Shown piece by piece: positions 50,218-58,686 of a stretch of 59,296 nt of DNA. How positions within the stretch are numbered: the stretch's first letter is position 1; each line of letters begins with the position of its first letter. Position numbers and translations under genes: made by a program. This DNA comes from a virus (Duplodnaviria > Caudoviricetes), in IMG/VR virus record IMGVR_UViG_3300017745_000006, positions 1-59,296 of that record. One strand, given 5' to 3'. The notes beneath the pieces are model-generated. The model saw nothing but the letters and a program-made list of their open reading frames with translations, had not been told where the DNA came from and did no database searches.

Positions 50218-51510
50218 ATGGGCAGCGCCACTATAACCCACGTATTCAACGACATTACCAACGCCAGGATCTCTGGTCCAAGCTCAAGCTCCACAGAAGT
50301 TGGTGTACAAGCATTAAACTTAGGGGCCACTGGAGGCGGAAATGGTCGTAGTGAAAAACATTATAGGCTTACTTTTAATATCCCCAACGTACCTATAACC
50401 GCTGCCAACGTCAACAAAGTTTCATTTAGCACAGGAGGCGCGACAGCATCTAACCCCCCGTCTGGAGTGGCTCCTGAGGGCAGCACGACCAGCGGACTTT
50501 CTTTCAGTAGCTACCACGAATTAGACGGTGACAATAAGGTACGCGTTTGGTTTTCTAACGGTGGTAGTAATAGCTTTGTAAGGTCTATAACTGTGAACTA
50601 CCCTAGCAATTCTGGTGATACACCTGGTGAACTCGATTGTGTTAATGGGCCTTGGATTCCTGCGCTCCCTCCCGCCGGATGCCCTTCTCTCCCTTCCTCT
50701 GGGTCTGGTGGGTCTGGTGCGTTGTTATTAACTCGGAATGGATCTAATGGCGTTACAGTAAACTTAGAAAATTATCCAAACAAACTTGTTACCCTGGAGC
50801 TTGTGGGCGATTTTGGTGGGTCATCTTGGTCGAACTCTTGTGAAGTTGTCGCCCCTAACTCTTCTGATATACTTGTTGGTGGCTCACCCGTTGGTGGTAG
50901 TCCTTACTCAAAGGCAAATCTTACACAAACTAGCAGTTTTAACGCAAAAATATATAATATAGATGGGGGAAGTAGTTTTACAGTAGAGAGCAGCTCAACA
51001 GACGGAATTCGGCCTGAAAGACTAATAAGTGAAGAAGTTTGCACCACATCTGCTCCAGACGCCGACGGTAACACAGTCACTTCATGCGTTTGCGTAGAGC
51101 GCACTGAATACTATTCCCCCTGGCTTCCTTGCACTAAGGGGGTACAAATTGGTACGTCTAGTGGCAGCACAGTGACTTGGGGATACACTGACGGCAACGG
51201 AGGGTCGACTCCAGCCCAGTCGTTTACACTTAGAGTCTTAAGTACTAAGGACGTTTTGCCATTTACAGGCCCAGTAGGTATGGAAGACGTACAAAACTAT
51301 TGTTGGGTTACTCCATCAGACGACGCTTACCTAGACTTGGCGTTAGATGATAACGGCGAACCAGGCCATTCTGCCGGCGATTACTACAGGCACCCTAACA
51401 AAGAAAGATTTAGGAGCCCGTCAGAACAAGCCTCCAGAACAAACATTAACGCAGGTGGTATAATATACCAGGAGTTTAGAGGAGTGGCAGGAGCCGAACC
51501 ACCTTCTTAG
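50218..51510 (+). CDS. Gly/Ser-rich, Cys-containing putative fibre-tip/adhesin protein
   Basis: GAGGAGG SD; follows the S74 fibre. Confidence 0.7.
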   Translation: MGSATITHVFNDITNARISGPSSSSTEVGVQALNLGATGGGNGRSEKHYRLTFNIPNVPITAANVNKVSFSTGGATASNPPSGVAPEGSTTSGLSFSSYHELDGDNKVRVWFSNGGSNSFVRSITVNYPSNSGDTPGELDCVNGPWIPALPPAGCPSLPSSGSGGSGALLLTRNGSNGVTVNLENYPNKLVTLELVGDFGGSSWSNSCEVVAPNSSDILVGGSPVGGSPYSKANLTQTSSFNAKIYNIDGGSSFTVESSSTDGIRPERLISEEVCTTSAPDADGNTVTSCVCVERTEYYSPWLPCTKGVQIGTSSGSTVTWGYTDGNGGSTPAQSFTLRVLSTKDVLPFTGPVGMEDVQNYCWVTPSDDAYLDLALDDNGEPGHSAGDYYRHPNKERFRSPSEQASRTNINAGGIIYQEFRGVAGAEPPS

Positions 51511-51524
51511 TAGTTAAATAGAAA

Positions 51525-51827
51525 ATGAAATTAACTTTAAAATCATCTAGTGGCAAGAAAGCAAGAGCTCCTAGATGGTGGCAAAACGCAGTATCTAAAT
51601 TACCTAAGGTTTCTTTGCCCTTCATTGGGCCTAAAGTTTGGAATAAAAAACTCGCTTATAAGTGGGTAAACTCAGTGCCAGATAAATGCCCGTTCGAGAG
51701 ACAGCTTTGGCTAGGAGAAACCCTTTTGCTTTATATACCGCCTTTATGCCCGTTTAATCCTGTGTCAGAGCAGCTCTATAGAATAAAGCTAGAAGCTAAG
51801 ACTTACCTCTACAACCTAGAGAAGTAG
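51525..51827 (+). CDS. Cyanobacterial 'Mo-dependent nitrogenase C-terminal domain' (Mo-nitro_C) family protein
   Basis: VPDKCPFERQLWLG...YIPPLCPFNP..EQL..IKLEAKTYL matches the family pattern IP..CPFER......HIPPLCKLNP.YEQL...RFRAL.YL. Confidence 0.8.
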   Translation: MKLTLKSSSGKKARAPRWWQNAVSKLPKVSLPFIGPKVWNKKLAYKWVNSVPDKCPFERQLWLGETLLLYIPPLCPFNPVSEQLYRIKLEAKTYLYNLEK

Positions 51828-51846
51828 GTTAAAGAGAGATGTGGGG

Positions 51847-51875
51847 TTGACATGACGTCTTTCCCATGATATAAT
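51847..51875 (+). promoter_or_regulatory. Consensus sigma70 promoter TTGACA-17-TATAAT with extended -10 TG
   Basis: TTGACA 51847-51852, TATAAT 51870-51875. Confidence 0.85.
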
Positions 51876-51933
51876 AATTAAGTGAGCTAAGAGAGATCTT
51901 ACTCCAAAGGACCTATTACTAAAAGGATAAAAC

Positions 51934-52860
51934 ATGTCTTTTCAAATCAACACGATTGATATTTCTACTAACGCGCCTTCTCTAGCACCGCTTGCAGGCC
52001 GTGAGTATACCAGTGAGTACACTTCTCTACCTAACGCCAACCTTCCAAAGGTGATGCGTAAAGACCTCGATACTGTCTTCCAGTACCTAACCAAAGAAGA
52101 GCTTCCTCTCGATGAGAATACCTTCTTGATTAAGTCTCGTGATAGCATCTACTTCCGTCTCTTTGGCCCAGTCCTTAAAGTCGGCACTGAGGGCGTAGAA
52201 GATACTAAGGACGGAGAGCTCTACATCCAGTGGGGTCCCCGATACATCCCCGTTAGCCTTGGCAAAGATGGCTTTAAAACCACCGATGGCCGAGAGATTG
52301 AAGCCGAGTTTGGGTCGTATAACTTCTCAGGCCGCGGCGAAGACGCAGCGCTCTTCATGGCAGTAGACGTAGAAGGTGGTCAAACTGTCCTTCCAGTTGC
52401 TGTTCGTTTCACAGACTGGGAAAACCCTCTTGAGCCTAAAGCAATGAACGCTTTGGCTAAGAAGAAGCCTGCTGATATTGTCGGCTTGCTTCAGAAGATC
52501 ACCGCTAAGGGTAGTGGAAACGGAACTCGAATCGAGCCAACCGATGAAATCGACTTCCGTGAACTTGAGATCAATACACCTTATGAGGTAATTGGATATT
52601 ACCCATGTAAGACTTCTTATGGCTTAACCTATCGCATCTTGATCAATAACTGCCCTGAAGAGGGTAAGATTGCAGGAGCCTGGGCTCATAGCTCTATCCG
52701 TCCTCTCCTTGCTACTAAGCCTGAAATCAATCAGGAAAAAGCTGCTACGCTAACCCTTCGTAGCAAAGAAGAAATGGACAATGGACGCATTCGCATCCGC
52801 TCCACTCTTCTCTTGGCTCAGCAAGAAACGTCTGAAGAAGATCTTAACTTAGATTTCTGA
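51934..52860 (+). CDS. Highly expressed early protein, possibly ssDNA-binding protein
   Basis: Consensus promoter, AAGGA SD, own terminator, acidic C-terminal tail ETSEEDLNLDF. Confidence 0.55.
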   Translation: MSFQINTIDISTNAPSLAPLAGREYTSEYTSLPNANLPKVMRKDLDTVFQYLTKEELPLDENTFLIKSRDSIYFRLFGPVLKVGTEGVEDTKDGELYIQWGPRYIPVSLGKDGFKTTDGREIEAEFGSYNFSGRGEDAALFMAVDVEGGQTVLPVAVRFTDWENPLEPKAMNALAKKKPADIVGLLQKITAKGSGNGTRIEPTDEIDFRELEINTPYEVIGYYPCKTSYGLTYRILINNCPEEGKIAGAWAHSSIRPLLATKPEINQEKAATLTLRSKEEMDNGRIRIRSTLLLAQQETSEEDLNLDF

Positions 52861-52889
52861 TATAGATATAAAAACTTAATAGTTCTATC

Positions 52890-52920
52890 TCCCTGTGACT
52901 ACAATCACGGGGATTTTTTT
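52890..52920 (+). terminator. Intrinsic terminator
   Basis: tccctgtga-ctacaa-tcacgggga followed by T7; GTTTAAAG starts immediately after, at 52921. Confidence 0.85.
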
Positions 52921-52952
52921 GTTTAAAGGAAAGTTACCGCACAAAATAAAAC

Positions 52953-53135
52953 ATGGAAGAAAAAGAGCTAATAGTCCCTGAGGGCTGGAGTGCTTACTCT
53001 GAAGAAAATGCCGGGATGGTAGACCCAGGACCACAAACAGGTGAGGATGAGTATCATTCTCAGTATGTAGATCCTGACGGCAAATACGGAGCAGCCAAGT
53101 CCGACAAGCCCGATGTCAGTTCTTATGGTGGCTAA
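52953..53135 (+). CDS. Small acidic protein behind a GTTTAAAG motif
   Basis: 60-aa ORF; motif at 52921-52928. Confidence 0.65.
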   Translation: MEEKELIVPEGWSAYSEENAGMVDPGPQTGEDEYHSQYVDPDGKYGAAKSDKPDVSSYGG

Positions 53136-53141
53136 TAGCTG

Positions 53142-53170
53142 TGTACACTTTGTCTAGGCCATGATAGAAT
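53142..53170 (+). promoter_or_regulatory. Putative promoter TGTACA-17-TAGAAT (extended -10)
   Basis: TGTACA 53142-53147, tgaTAGAAT 53162-53170. Confidence 0.6.
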
Positions 53171-53191
53171 AGCTTTATCTACAGGCCACTG

Positions 53192-53929
53192 ATGCCGGAA
53201 AACATCCTTTTAATCTCAGACATCCATTCACGAGATGATGCTCTCCCCCGGCTCATAGACAACCTCTCTGCCCAACTCAACAACAAAGCCCACCTTGTTT
53301 TTCTAGGGGACTTAAATGATTGCAGAGATAAATCCTATCAAGACAAGTGCAGCTTTCAGAAGATCTACACCTTAGTTCGTCAGTTATGCGACGAAGGCTA
53401 CGCCACCCTAGTCCATTCAAATCATTCACAAAATCTTTGTGACCACTATATTGGCCGAAGAAAAGTAAGAAAGAACATAATGGGGTTCAAGCACACCTTA
53501 GCAGAGCTAGACAAACTAGAAGATACATACAGAGAAGATATGATAGAGTGGCTGGATACCAGACCTCTCGGAGTAAGTTATACCCTAAATAACGGAAAGC
53601 ATTACCATATTGCCCACGCGTACCATGACCGAAATTTAGATTACACTAACTCTTCTTTATTATCTCTTGACGAAGTTAATCGTACCCTAAGAGGGATTAA
53701 AACTAGCTGGCTTTACCAAGGTAAAAAATATAGCAAACACATCGGCTTCTGGCGTAATCCCAAGAAACGAGGAGCAGTTGATAACCATGTTTTATGTGCA
53801 GGACATTGGGAACAAGTGATTGTTACTGATAATTGTGTAGTTAATGACCCTGGTGGCCATGAAACTAACGGAAGGATCGGAGTCTACAACGCTTTACAAA
53901 ATGATATTACTATTTACGAAAACAAATGA
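53192..53929 (+). CDS. Calcineurin-like metallophosphoesterase
   Basis: ISDIH, FLGDLND, SNH, AHA, GHW motifs. Confidence 0.85.
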   Translation: MPENILLISDIHSRDDALPRLIDNLSAQLNNKAHLVFLGDLNDCRDKSYQDKCSFQKIYTLVRQLCDEGYATLVHSNHSQNLCDHYIGRRKVRKNIMGFKHTLAELDKLEDTYREDMIEWLDTRPLGVSYTLNNGKHYHIAHAYHDRNLDYTNSSLLSLDEVNRTLRGIKTSWLYQGKKYSKHIGFWRNPKKRGAVDNHVLCAGHWEQVIVTDNCVVNDPGGHETNGRIGVYNALQNDITIYENK

Positions 53930-54921
53930 CGAGTATACTAGAACATGACCCTATGCTATTCAAGAAGGACGGAGGCTTTGACTTCCCAGAGTTCTACGAA
54001 TATTATGAGAAAGCAGTAGCCAGCGTCTGGCGCCACCAAGAAGTGGCCATGGAGTCCGATCTTCGCGATTGGCAGTTCAACTCAACTCCAGAGGAACGCA
54101 ATGTTATCGCCGGGATTCTCAAAGGGTTTGTTAGTGCAGAGTTAGGCATCGGTTGCTACTGGGCTGATAAAGTATGCTCTATTTTTCCTAAGCCAGAGAT
54201 CCAATCCATGGCCCGTGCGTTTAGTTTCTTTGAGACGATCCACGCCGGAGCCTATTCTTACCTCAACGATATCTTAGGCCTCGACGAGTATGATGAGTTC
54301 ATCAATGATGAAATCGCTCGGAGAAAGGTCGAGACATTCTTTAGTTCCTACTCCGATAAGGTCTCCCTAGGAGTGTTTTCCGGTGCAGGAGAAGGAGTAA
54401 GTCTATTTAGCTCTTTTTCGGTACTCTTAAGCTTTAATAAGGATGGCAGGTACAAGGGTTTGAGCCAGATCATTTCATGGAGCGCCATCGATGAACAGAT
54501 TCACTCAGAAGCTGGGTGTAAGCTGTTCAGACATCTCGTGGAAGAGACCGGGTTGTCCGCCGAGGAAGAAGCGGCGGTTTATGAGGGTTTTAGATTAGTG
54601 GTTGACAATGAAGAAGCCTTCATAGATAATATCTTTAATGGTTATAAGCTGACCACAATTGACGCCCAAGAGTTGAAGGCTTACATAAGGAATCGTGCAA
54701 ACGAACGCCTTCTTCAACTCGGCCTTGATCAAATTTTTAAATTGTCTACTGACGAGCTATCTAAAGCAAAGTCTATAGCCTCGTGGTTTGATCCTACAAT
54801 TCGTGGTGCTAGTAGCCATGACTTCTTTGCTCAGTCTAAAGATGGATCAAACTACACAGCTAAAGTCTCTCAAGATTTTATGTCAGTAGATTTATCTTCT
54901 TTAGAACTCGCAATACCATGA
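53926..54921 (+). CDS. nrdB: Class I ribonucleotide reductase beta subunit
   Basis: VWRHQEV, FETIHAGAY, EGVSLFSSF, DEQIH, C-terminal HDFF...NY. Confidence 0.95.
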   Translation: MTSILEHDPMLFKKDGGFDFPEFYEYYEKAVASVWRHQEVAMESDLRDWQFNSTPEERNVIAGILKGFVSAELGIGCYWADKVCSIFPKPEIQSMARAFSFFETIHAGAYSYLNDILGLDEYDEFINDEIARRKVETFFSSYSDKVSLGVFSGAGEGVSLFSSFSVLLSFNKDGRYKGLSQIISWSAIDEQIHSEAGCKLFRHLVEETGLSAEEEAAVYEGFRLVVDNEEAFIDNIFNGYKLTTIDAQELKAYIRNRANERLLQLGLDQIFKLSTDELSKAKSIASWFDPTIRGASSHDFFAQSKDGSNYTAKVSQDFMSVDLSSLELAIP

Positions 54922-55070
54922 TTAAAGAACCTATCTTTGAACCAAAGCTTCAGAAATGGATCGTAGATTGCGGCGACCACGTCCATTACTTCGGTGATGG
55001 CGAAACTGCCGACGACTTTTATTTACTTAATAACGCTAGACAAAATGAGACCAAGAACCCCCGAAGTTAA
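54918..55070 (+). CDS. Small hypothetical protein (50 aa), not in the ORF track
   Basis: MIKEPIFEPKLQKWIVDCGDHVHYFGDGETADDFYLLNNARQNETKNPRS*; ATGA overlap with the nrdB stop. Confidence 0.6.
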   Translation: MIKEPIFEPKLQKWIVDCGDHVHYFGDGETADDFYLLNNARQNETKNPRS

Positions 55071-55194
55071 CCAGAAGGTTATGCAGCAAGCTACTGGAAG
55101 TTTGTATTTAATTACTGACCCCCGAGCTGACATTTATATCAAACAATCTAAAGAACAAAATGAGCAACTACAACGTACCAGAGGGATGGTCTGA
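55045..55194 (+). CDS. Small hypothetical protein (49 aa)
   Basis: MRPRTPEVNQKVMQQATGSLYLITDPRADIY...; fills the gap before the HNH gene. Confidence 0.5.
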   Translation: MRPRTPEVNQKVMQQATGSLYLITDPRADIYIKQSKEQNEQLQRTRGMV

Positions 55195-55519
55195 CTTTGC
55201 TGAAGAATGGAAACAATGGAAAAAGTCTCCATATTATGTCAGCAACAAGGGTAGGGTTAAGAGAGACGGAGAAGTTCGTGCTTTGCGCGATGACGACCGC
55301 GGCCACTACAGAGTCAACTTAACCTACGATGGTAAAAGAGAAGAGCCTAAGGTCCATCAGATGGTCATGGATCTCTTCGGCCCTTCTAAGCCTTCTGGCA
55401 GCCCTGTCATCATGCATAAGAACAATAACGGGCAAGACAACAAGATCTCTAACCTCAAATGGGGTACTAGACAAGAGAACACTCAAGATGCCTACGATGA
55501 CGGCCTCATTGACAAATAA
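55160..55519 (+). CDS. Free-standing NUMOD4/HNH endonuclease-like protein
   Basis: EEWK...YYVSNKGRVK and VHQMV...HKNNNGQDNKISNLKWGTRQEN. Confidence 0.85.
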   Translation: MSNYNVPEGWSDFAEEWKQWKKSPYYVSNKGRVKRDGEVRALRDDDRGHYRVNLTYDGKREEPKVHQMVMDLFGPSKPSGSPVIMHKNNNGQDNKISNLKWGTRQENTQDAYDDGLIDK

Positions 55520-55580
55520 TCAATCTATCGATTAAAGATAGAAAAATTTTGATATAATAGACTAACAAGCCACTTTAAAT

Positions 55581-57491
55581 ATGACGCTACAGGTTCCTGA
55601 ATGGATGAGCCAGGAAGCCGTTGATACATTGTCACGCGGTTATCTTTGGCAGGCAGAAACCCCACGAGGTATGTGGGAGAGGGTGGCTAATAACGCCGCC
55701 CGCATTTTAAAAAGAGATGACATCGGAGCAGATTTATTTGAAGCTCTATGGAACGGGTATATTGGCCTTGCGACTCCAGTAGCTGCTAACTTTGGAGTGC
55801 CACGAGGTCTTCCAATCTCCTGCTATTCTGTCCATCTATCTGATTCTGTGCAGTCTATCTACTCTCATTTGAAAGAGGTGGCGGCCTTGTCTAAGAATGG
55901 TGGCGGGGTAGGAGTTTACTTCGGAGACATCCGTCCGGCCGGAGCTCCTATCACTGCCGGAGGTAAGAGCACCGGGACCGTACCTTGGGCCCAGCAGTAT
56001 GACCTTGCTGCCAGTGTCGTAAGCCAAGGTGGAGTTAGGAGGGGTAGCTTTGCTATCTACATCCCGATCACCCACCCCGACTTACCTGAACTCCTTCGTT
56101 CTAAAGATCATTCTCAGGGCGACCCTCGTAAGTTCATTGACAGCAACTTAGCAGTGACAGTAGATGATGAGTTTATCAACTCTATGCTTGCTGGTGATTT
56201 AGATAAGCAGAAGCTATTTGGCGAGGTGATGAAGATCCGCATGGTTAGTGGGTCACCTTATATAGTATATATTGACAATGCTAATAGACAAAACCCAGAG
56301 TGCTATGACCAACGAGGGCTGAAAGTCTCTACCTCTAATCTCTGTTCCGAGATCTTCTTACATACTGACGAGAGCCACTCTTTTGTCTGTGTACTTAGCT
56401 CTCTCAACCTAGCAAGATATGAGCAATGGAAAGATTGGAAAGCTCCTAATACAGGTAAGACTGTGCCGGAACTCGTAACCTACCTACTTGACGCCGTTGT
56501 GGAGGAGTTTTGCCATAAAGCCGATCGCTTGCCATCTATGGGACGAAGTGTACGTTTTGCCAGGAAATCAAGGGCGCTAGGCATCGGTACAATGGGACTT
56601 CATGCCCTCTATCAGTCAAAAGGATATGCTTTTGAATCTAAAGAAGCCAGGGAGCTGAATATCGAGTGTCATAAGTTTATTAAGGATAACGCAGAGAAAG
56701 CTTCTAGGCAGATGGCCAAGGAGTACGGTGAGCCTGAATGGTGCAAAGGCAACGGGATGCGGCACACTCATTTGATCGCTATAGCGCCGACTAGGTCTAA
56801 TTCTGTGATCAGTGGCGCGATCTCGCAGGGTATTGAGCCGATTGATGCAAATTACTACGTAGCAAAGCAGGCTAAAGGTACGTTTATTAGGAAGAATCCT
56901 TATCTTGTGTCCCTTCTGGACGATATCAGTAGAAACACAGATGAAGTGTGGGAAAGCATCCTAGAGATGAGGGGATCAGTTCAGCATCTTAAGTTCTTGA
57001 CTACAGACCAAAAGAAAGTATTCAGGACTGCAAGAGAGATCGATCAATTTGAGCTTATCAAACAAGCAGCAGAGCGACAACCATTTGTTTGCCAAGGGCA
57101 ATCTCTCAACTTATTTGTGGATCCTGAGGCCGACCCCGGATATATCTTCAAGCTCCATCTTAGCGCCTGGAAGAGTGGGCTAAAGAGTTTATATTATTTA
57201 AAGAGCTCTTCTATTCTTGTTAAGAAGAAGGCGCCTAAAGTTGCAGAACAAAGAGCAAAAATAATTACAAAGGATGACTGCCCTTACTGTGTAAGAGCAA
57301 AAGCACTTTTCTCGAAAAATGGAATTTCCTATCAAGAAGTCGATAGAAAAAATGTTGAGGACTTTCCTTACAAGACTGTTCCGCAAATATGGCTTGATGG
57401 GGATTACGTTGGCGGGTATAACGAGCTCGTTGAAAAGCTTGAAGGGGTCGCTGAACCAGAGTACAAAGAATGCGCGGCTTGTGAGGGATAG
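55581..57491 (+). CDS. nrdA: Class I ribonucleotide reductase alpha subunit, no ATP-cone, with fused glutaredoxin domain
   Basis: GLPISC, SNLCSEI, FVCVLSS, APT, SLYY; then CPYC...TVPQI..DG..VGG; terminal ECAACEG; extended -10 TGATATAAT upstream. Confidence 0.95.
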   Translation: MTLQVPEWMSQEAVDTLSRGYLWQAETPRGMWERVANNAARILKRDDIGADLFEALWNGYIGLATPVAANFGVPRGLPISCYSVHLSDSVQSIYSHLKEVAALSKNGGGVGVYFGDIRPAGAPITAGGKSTGTVPWAQQYDLAASVVSQGGVRRGSFAIYIPITHPDLPELLRSKDHSQGDPRKFIDSNLAVTVDDEFINSMLAGDLDKQKLFGEVMKIRMVSGSPYIVYIDNANRQNPECYDQRGLKVSTSNLCSEIFLHTDESHSFVCVLSSLNLARYEQWKDWKAPNTGKTVPELVTYLLDAVVEEFCHKADRLPSMGRSVRFARKSRALGIGTMGLHALYQSKGYAFESKEARELNIECHKFIKDNAEKASRQMAKEYGEPEWCKGNGMRHTHLIAIAPTRSNSVISGAISQGIEPIDANYYVAKQAKGTFIRKNPYLVSLLDDISRNTDEVWESILEMRGSVQHLKFLTTDQKKVFRTAREIDQFELIKQAAERQPFVCQGQSLNLFVDPEADPGYIFKLHLSAWKSGLKSLYYLKSSSILVKKKAPKVAEQRAKIITKDDCPYCVRAKALFSKNGISYQEVDRKNVEDFPYKTVPQIWLDGDYVGGYNELVEKLEGVAEPEYKECAACEG

Positions 57492-57512
57492 AAAATATAA
57501 TCAAATGGGGTC

Positions 57513-57540
57513 TGTACAAACCTCTTTTTTATGATATAAT
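57513..57540 (+). promoter_or_regulatory. Putative promoter TGTACA-16-TATAAT (extended -10)
   Basis: TGTACA 57513-57518, tgaTATAAT 57532-57540. Confidence 0.6.
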
Positions 57541-57565
57541 ATCCTGAGAGACTTTCTAAAAGGCT

Positions 57566-58027
57566 ATGTTTGACTACGTTGAGTTCATTAATGAAGGGTA
57601 CCTCCACCAACAAAAATATGCTAAGGCCGCAGGTCAACCCGGTCCTTTTGACTATATGGATAAGGAAGTGCGATACGCAAAGGTCATTGAGTACCTAAGC
57701 CATCTCATTGAAGAAACCATCGAGGCCCGTGTCTATGTTCCCCGGCGTAGCTGGAAGAACAACGAGCCCTCCTACATGGACAACAAAGAACTCCGAGAGG
57801 AGTTTGTAGCAGAAATGTTTGACATTCTTCTCTTCCATCGAGCTGCTCTTGCATATGCAGGGATCGACGGCAATGAGTTTGTAGAAATCGCAGAGAAAAA
57901 GATGAACTACAACTCTAAAAGGAAAGACCATAACGTAAATGGTACTGAATCTGCATCTCAAAACCCGGCTGAAGAGCTCCAAGGCAACTGCGCTTCGGCA
58001 GACTTTAGTAAAGATGAAAAAAACTGA
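57566..58027 (+). CDS. All-alpha NTP pyrophosphohydrolase (dimeric dUTPase/MazG-like)
   Basis: EETIE...RRSWK...EEFVAEMFDILLF...KKMNYN..R. Confidence 0.7.
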   Translation: MFDYVEFINEGYLHQQKYAKAAGQPGPFDYMDKEVRYAKVIEYLSHLIEETIEARVYVPRRSWKNNEPSYMDNKELREEFVAEMFDILLFHRAALAYAGIDGNEFVEIAEKKMNYNSKRKDHNVNGTESASQNPAEELQGNCASADFSKDEKN

Positions 58028-58196
58028 TAACAGTAACGAAACAGAGTACAGAGCATTTGGTCCAACCAAGTGCCACTACTGCGACGGCAGAGGATTTCAA
58101 ATAATCCAATGCACAACTTTAGAAGGAAAGATACTGCCCAACTTGGTAGAAGACTGCGAACGGTGTAATGAAACAGGCGTACTTAACCGAGATTAA
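58014..58196 (+). CDS. Small DnaJ-type zinc-finger protein
   Basis: CHYCDGRG...CERCNETG; ATG at 58014. Confidence 0.65.
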   Translation: MKKTDNSNETEYRAFGPTKCHYCDGRGFQIIQCTTLEGKILPNLVEDCERCNETGVLNRD

Positions 58197-58662
58197 TAAA
58201 TTAGCTAAAGAACAAATTCTCGTTCTTAACGCCTCATACGAGCCAATAAATATTACTTCTTGGAAAAGAGCATTTGTTCTCTTGCTCAAAGAGAAAGCTT
58301 TGGTTATTAGCCAGAAAGTCATTCGCCTAGTTAATTTCATTAAAATTCCTTTTAACAAGATGATGAGGGCCAAGCCAAGCAGAAGCTCCATTTACACAAG
58401 AGATAGCAACAAATGTCAATATTGTGGCTCTGCTAAAAGACTCACAATAGACCACGTTGTTCCTAAATCAAAAGGAGGGACAGACGACTGGGATAACCTA
58501 GTTGTTGCATGCTCCTCCTGTAATACAAAGAAGAGTAATAAACTGCTAGAGCAGAGCGGGCTAAAGCTAATTAAAAAACCGGCAAGGCCAAGAACGTATC
58601 TAGACCTTACTATTTTTCAAACTAAGTGCGAAGAATGGAAAGAATATTGCTTTATAGTTTAA
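58168..58662 (+). CDS. HNH endonuclease (McrA-like, VLNASYEP type)
   Basis: LVLNASYEP...RD..KCQYCG...LTIDHVVPKSKGG.DDWDNLVVACSSCN.KK. Confidence 0.9.
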   Translation: MKQAYLTEINKLAKEQILVLNASYEPINITSWKRAFVLLLKEKALVISQKVIRLVNFIKIPFNKMMRAKPSRSSIYTRDSNKCQYCGSAKRLTIDHVVPKSKGGTDDWDNLVVACSSCNTKKSNKLLEQSGLKLIKKPARPRTYLDLTIFQTKCEEWKEYCFIV

Positions 58663-58686
58663 ATACAAATATAGAGGAAGTGTAAA

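Noticed and set aside
51525-51827. Nitrogen-fixation gene
   Set aside because: The family name is historical; no nif genes are present and the domain has no demonstrated nitrogenase role.
53926-57491. Intron or intein in nrdA, nrdB or terL
   Set aside because: Reading frames are continuous and of normal length; the HNH gene is free-standing between nrdB and nrdA.
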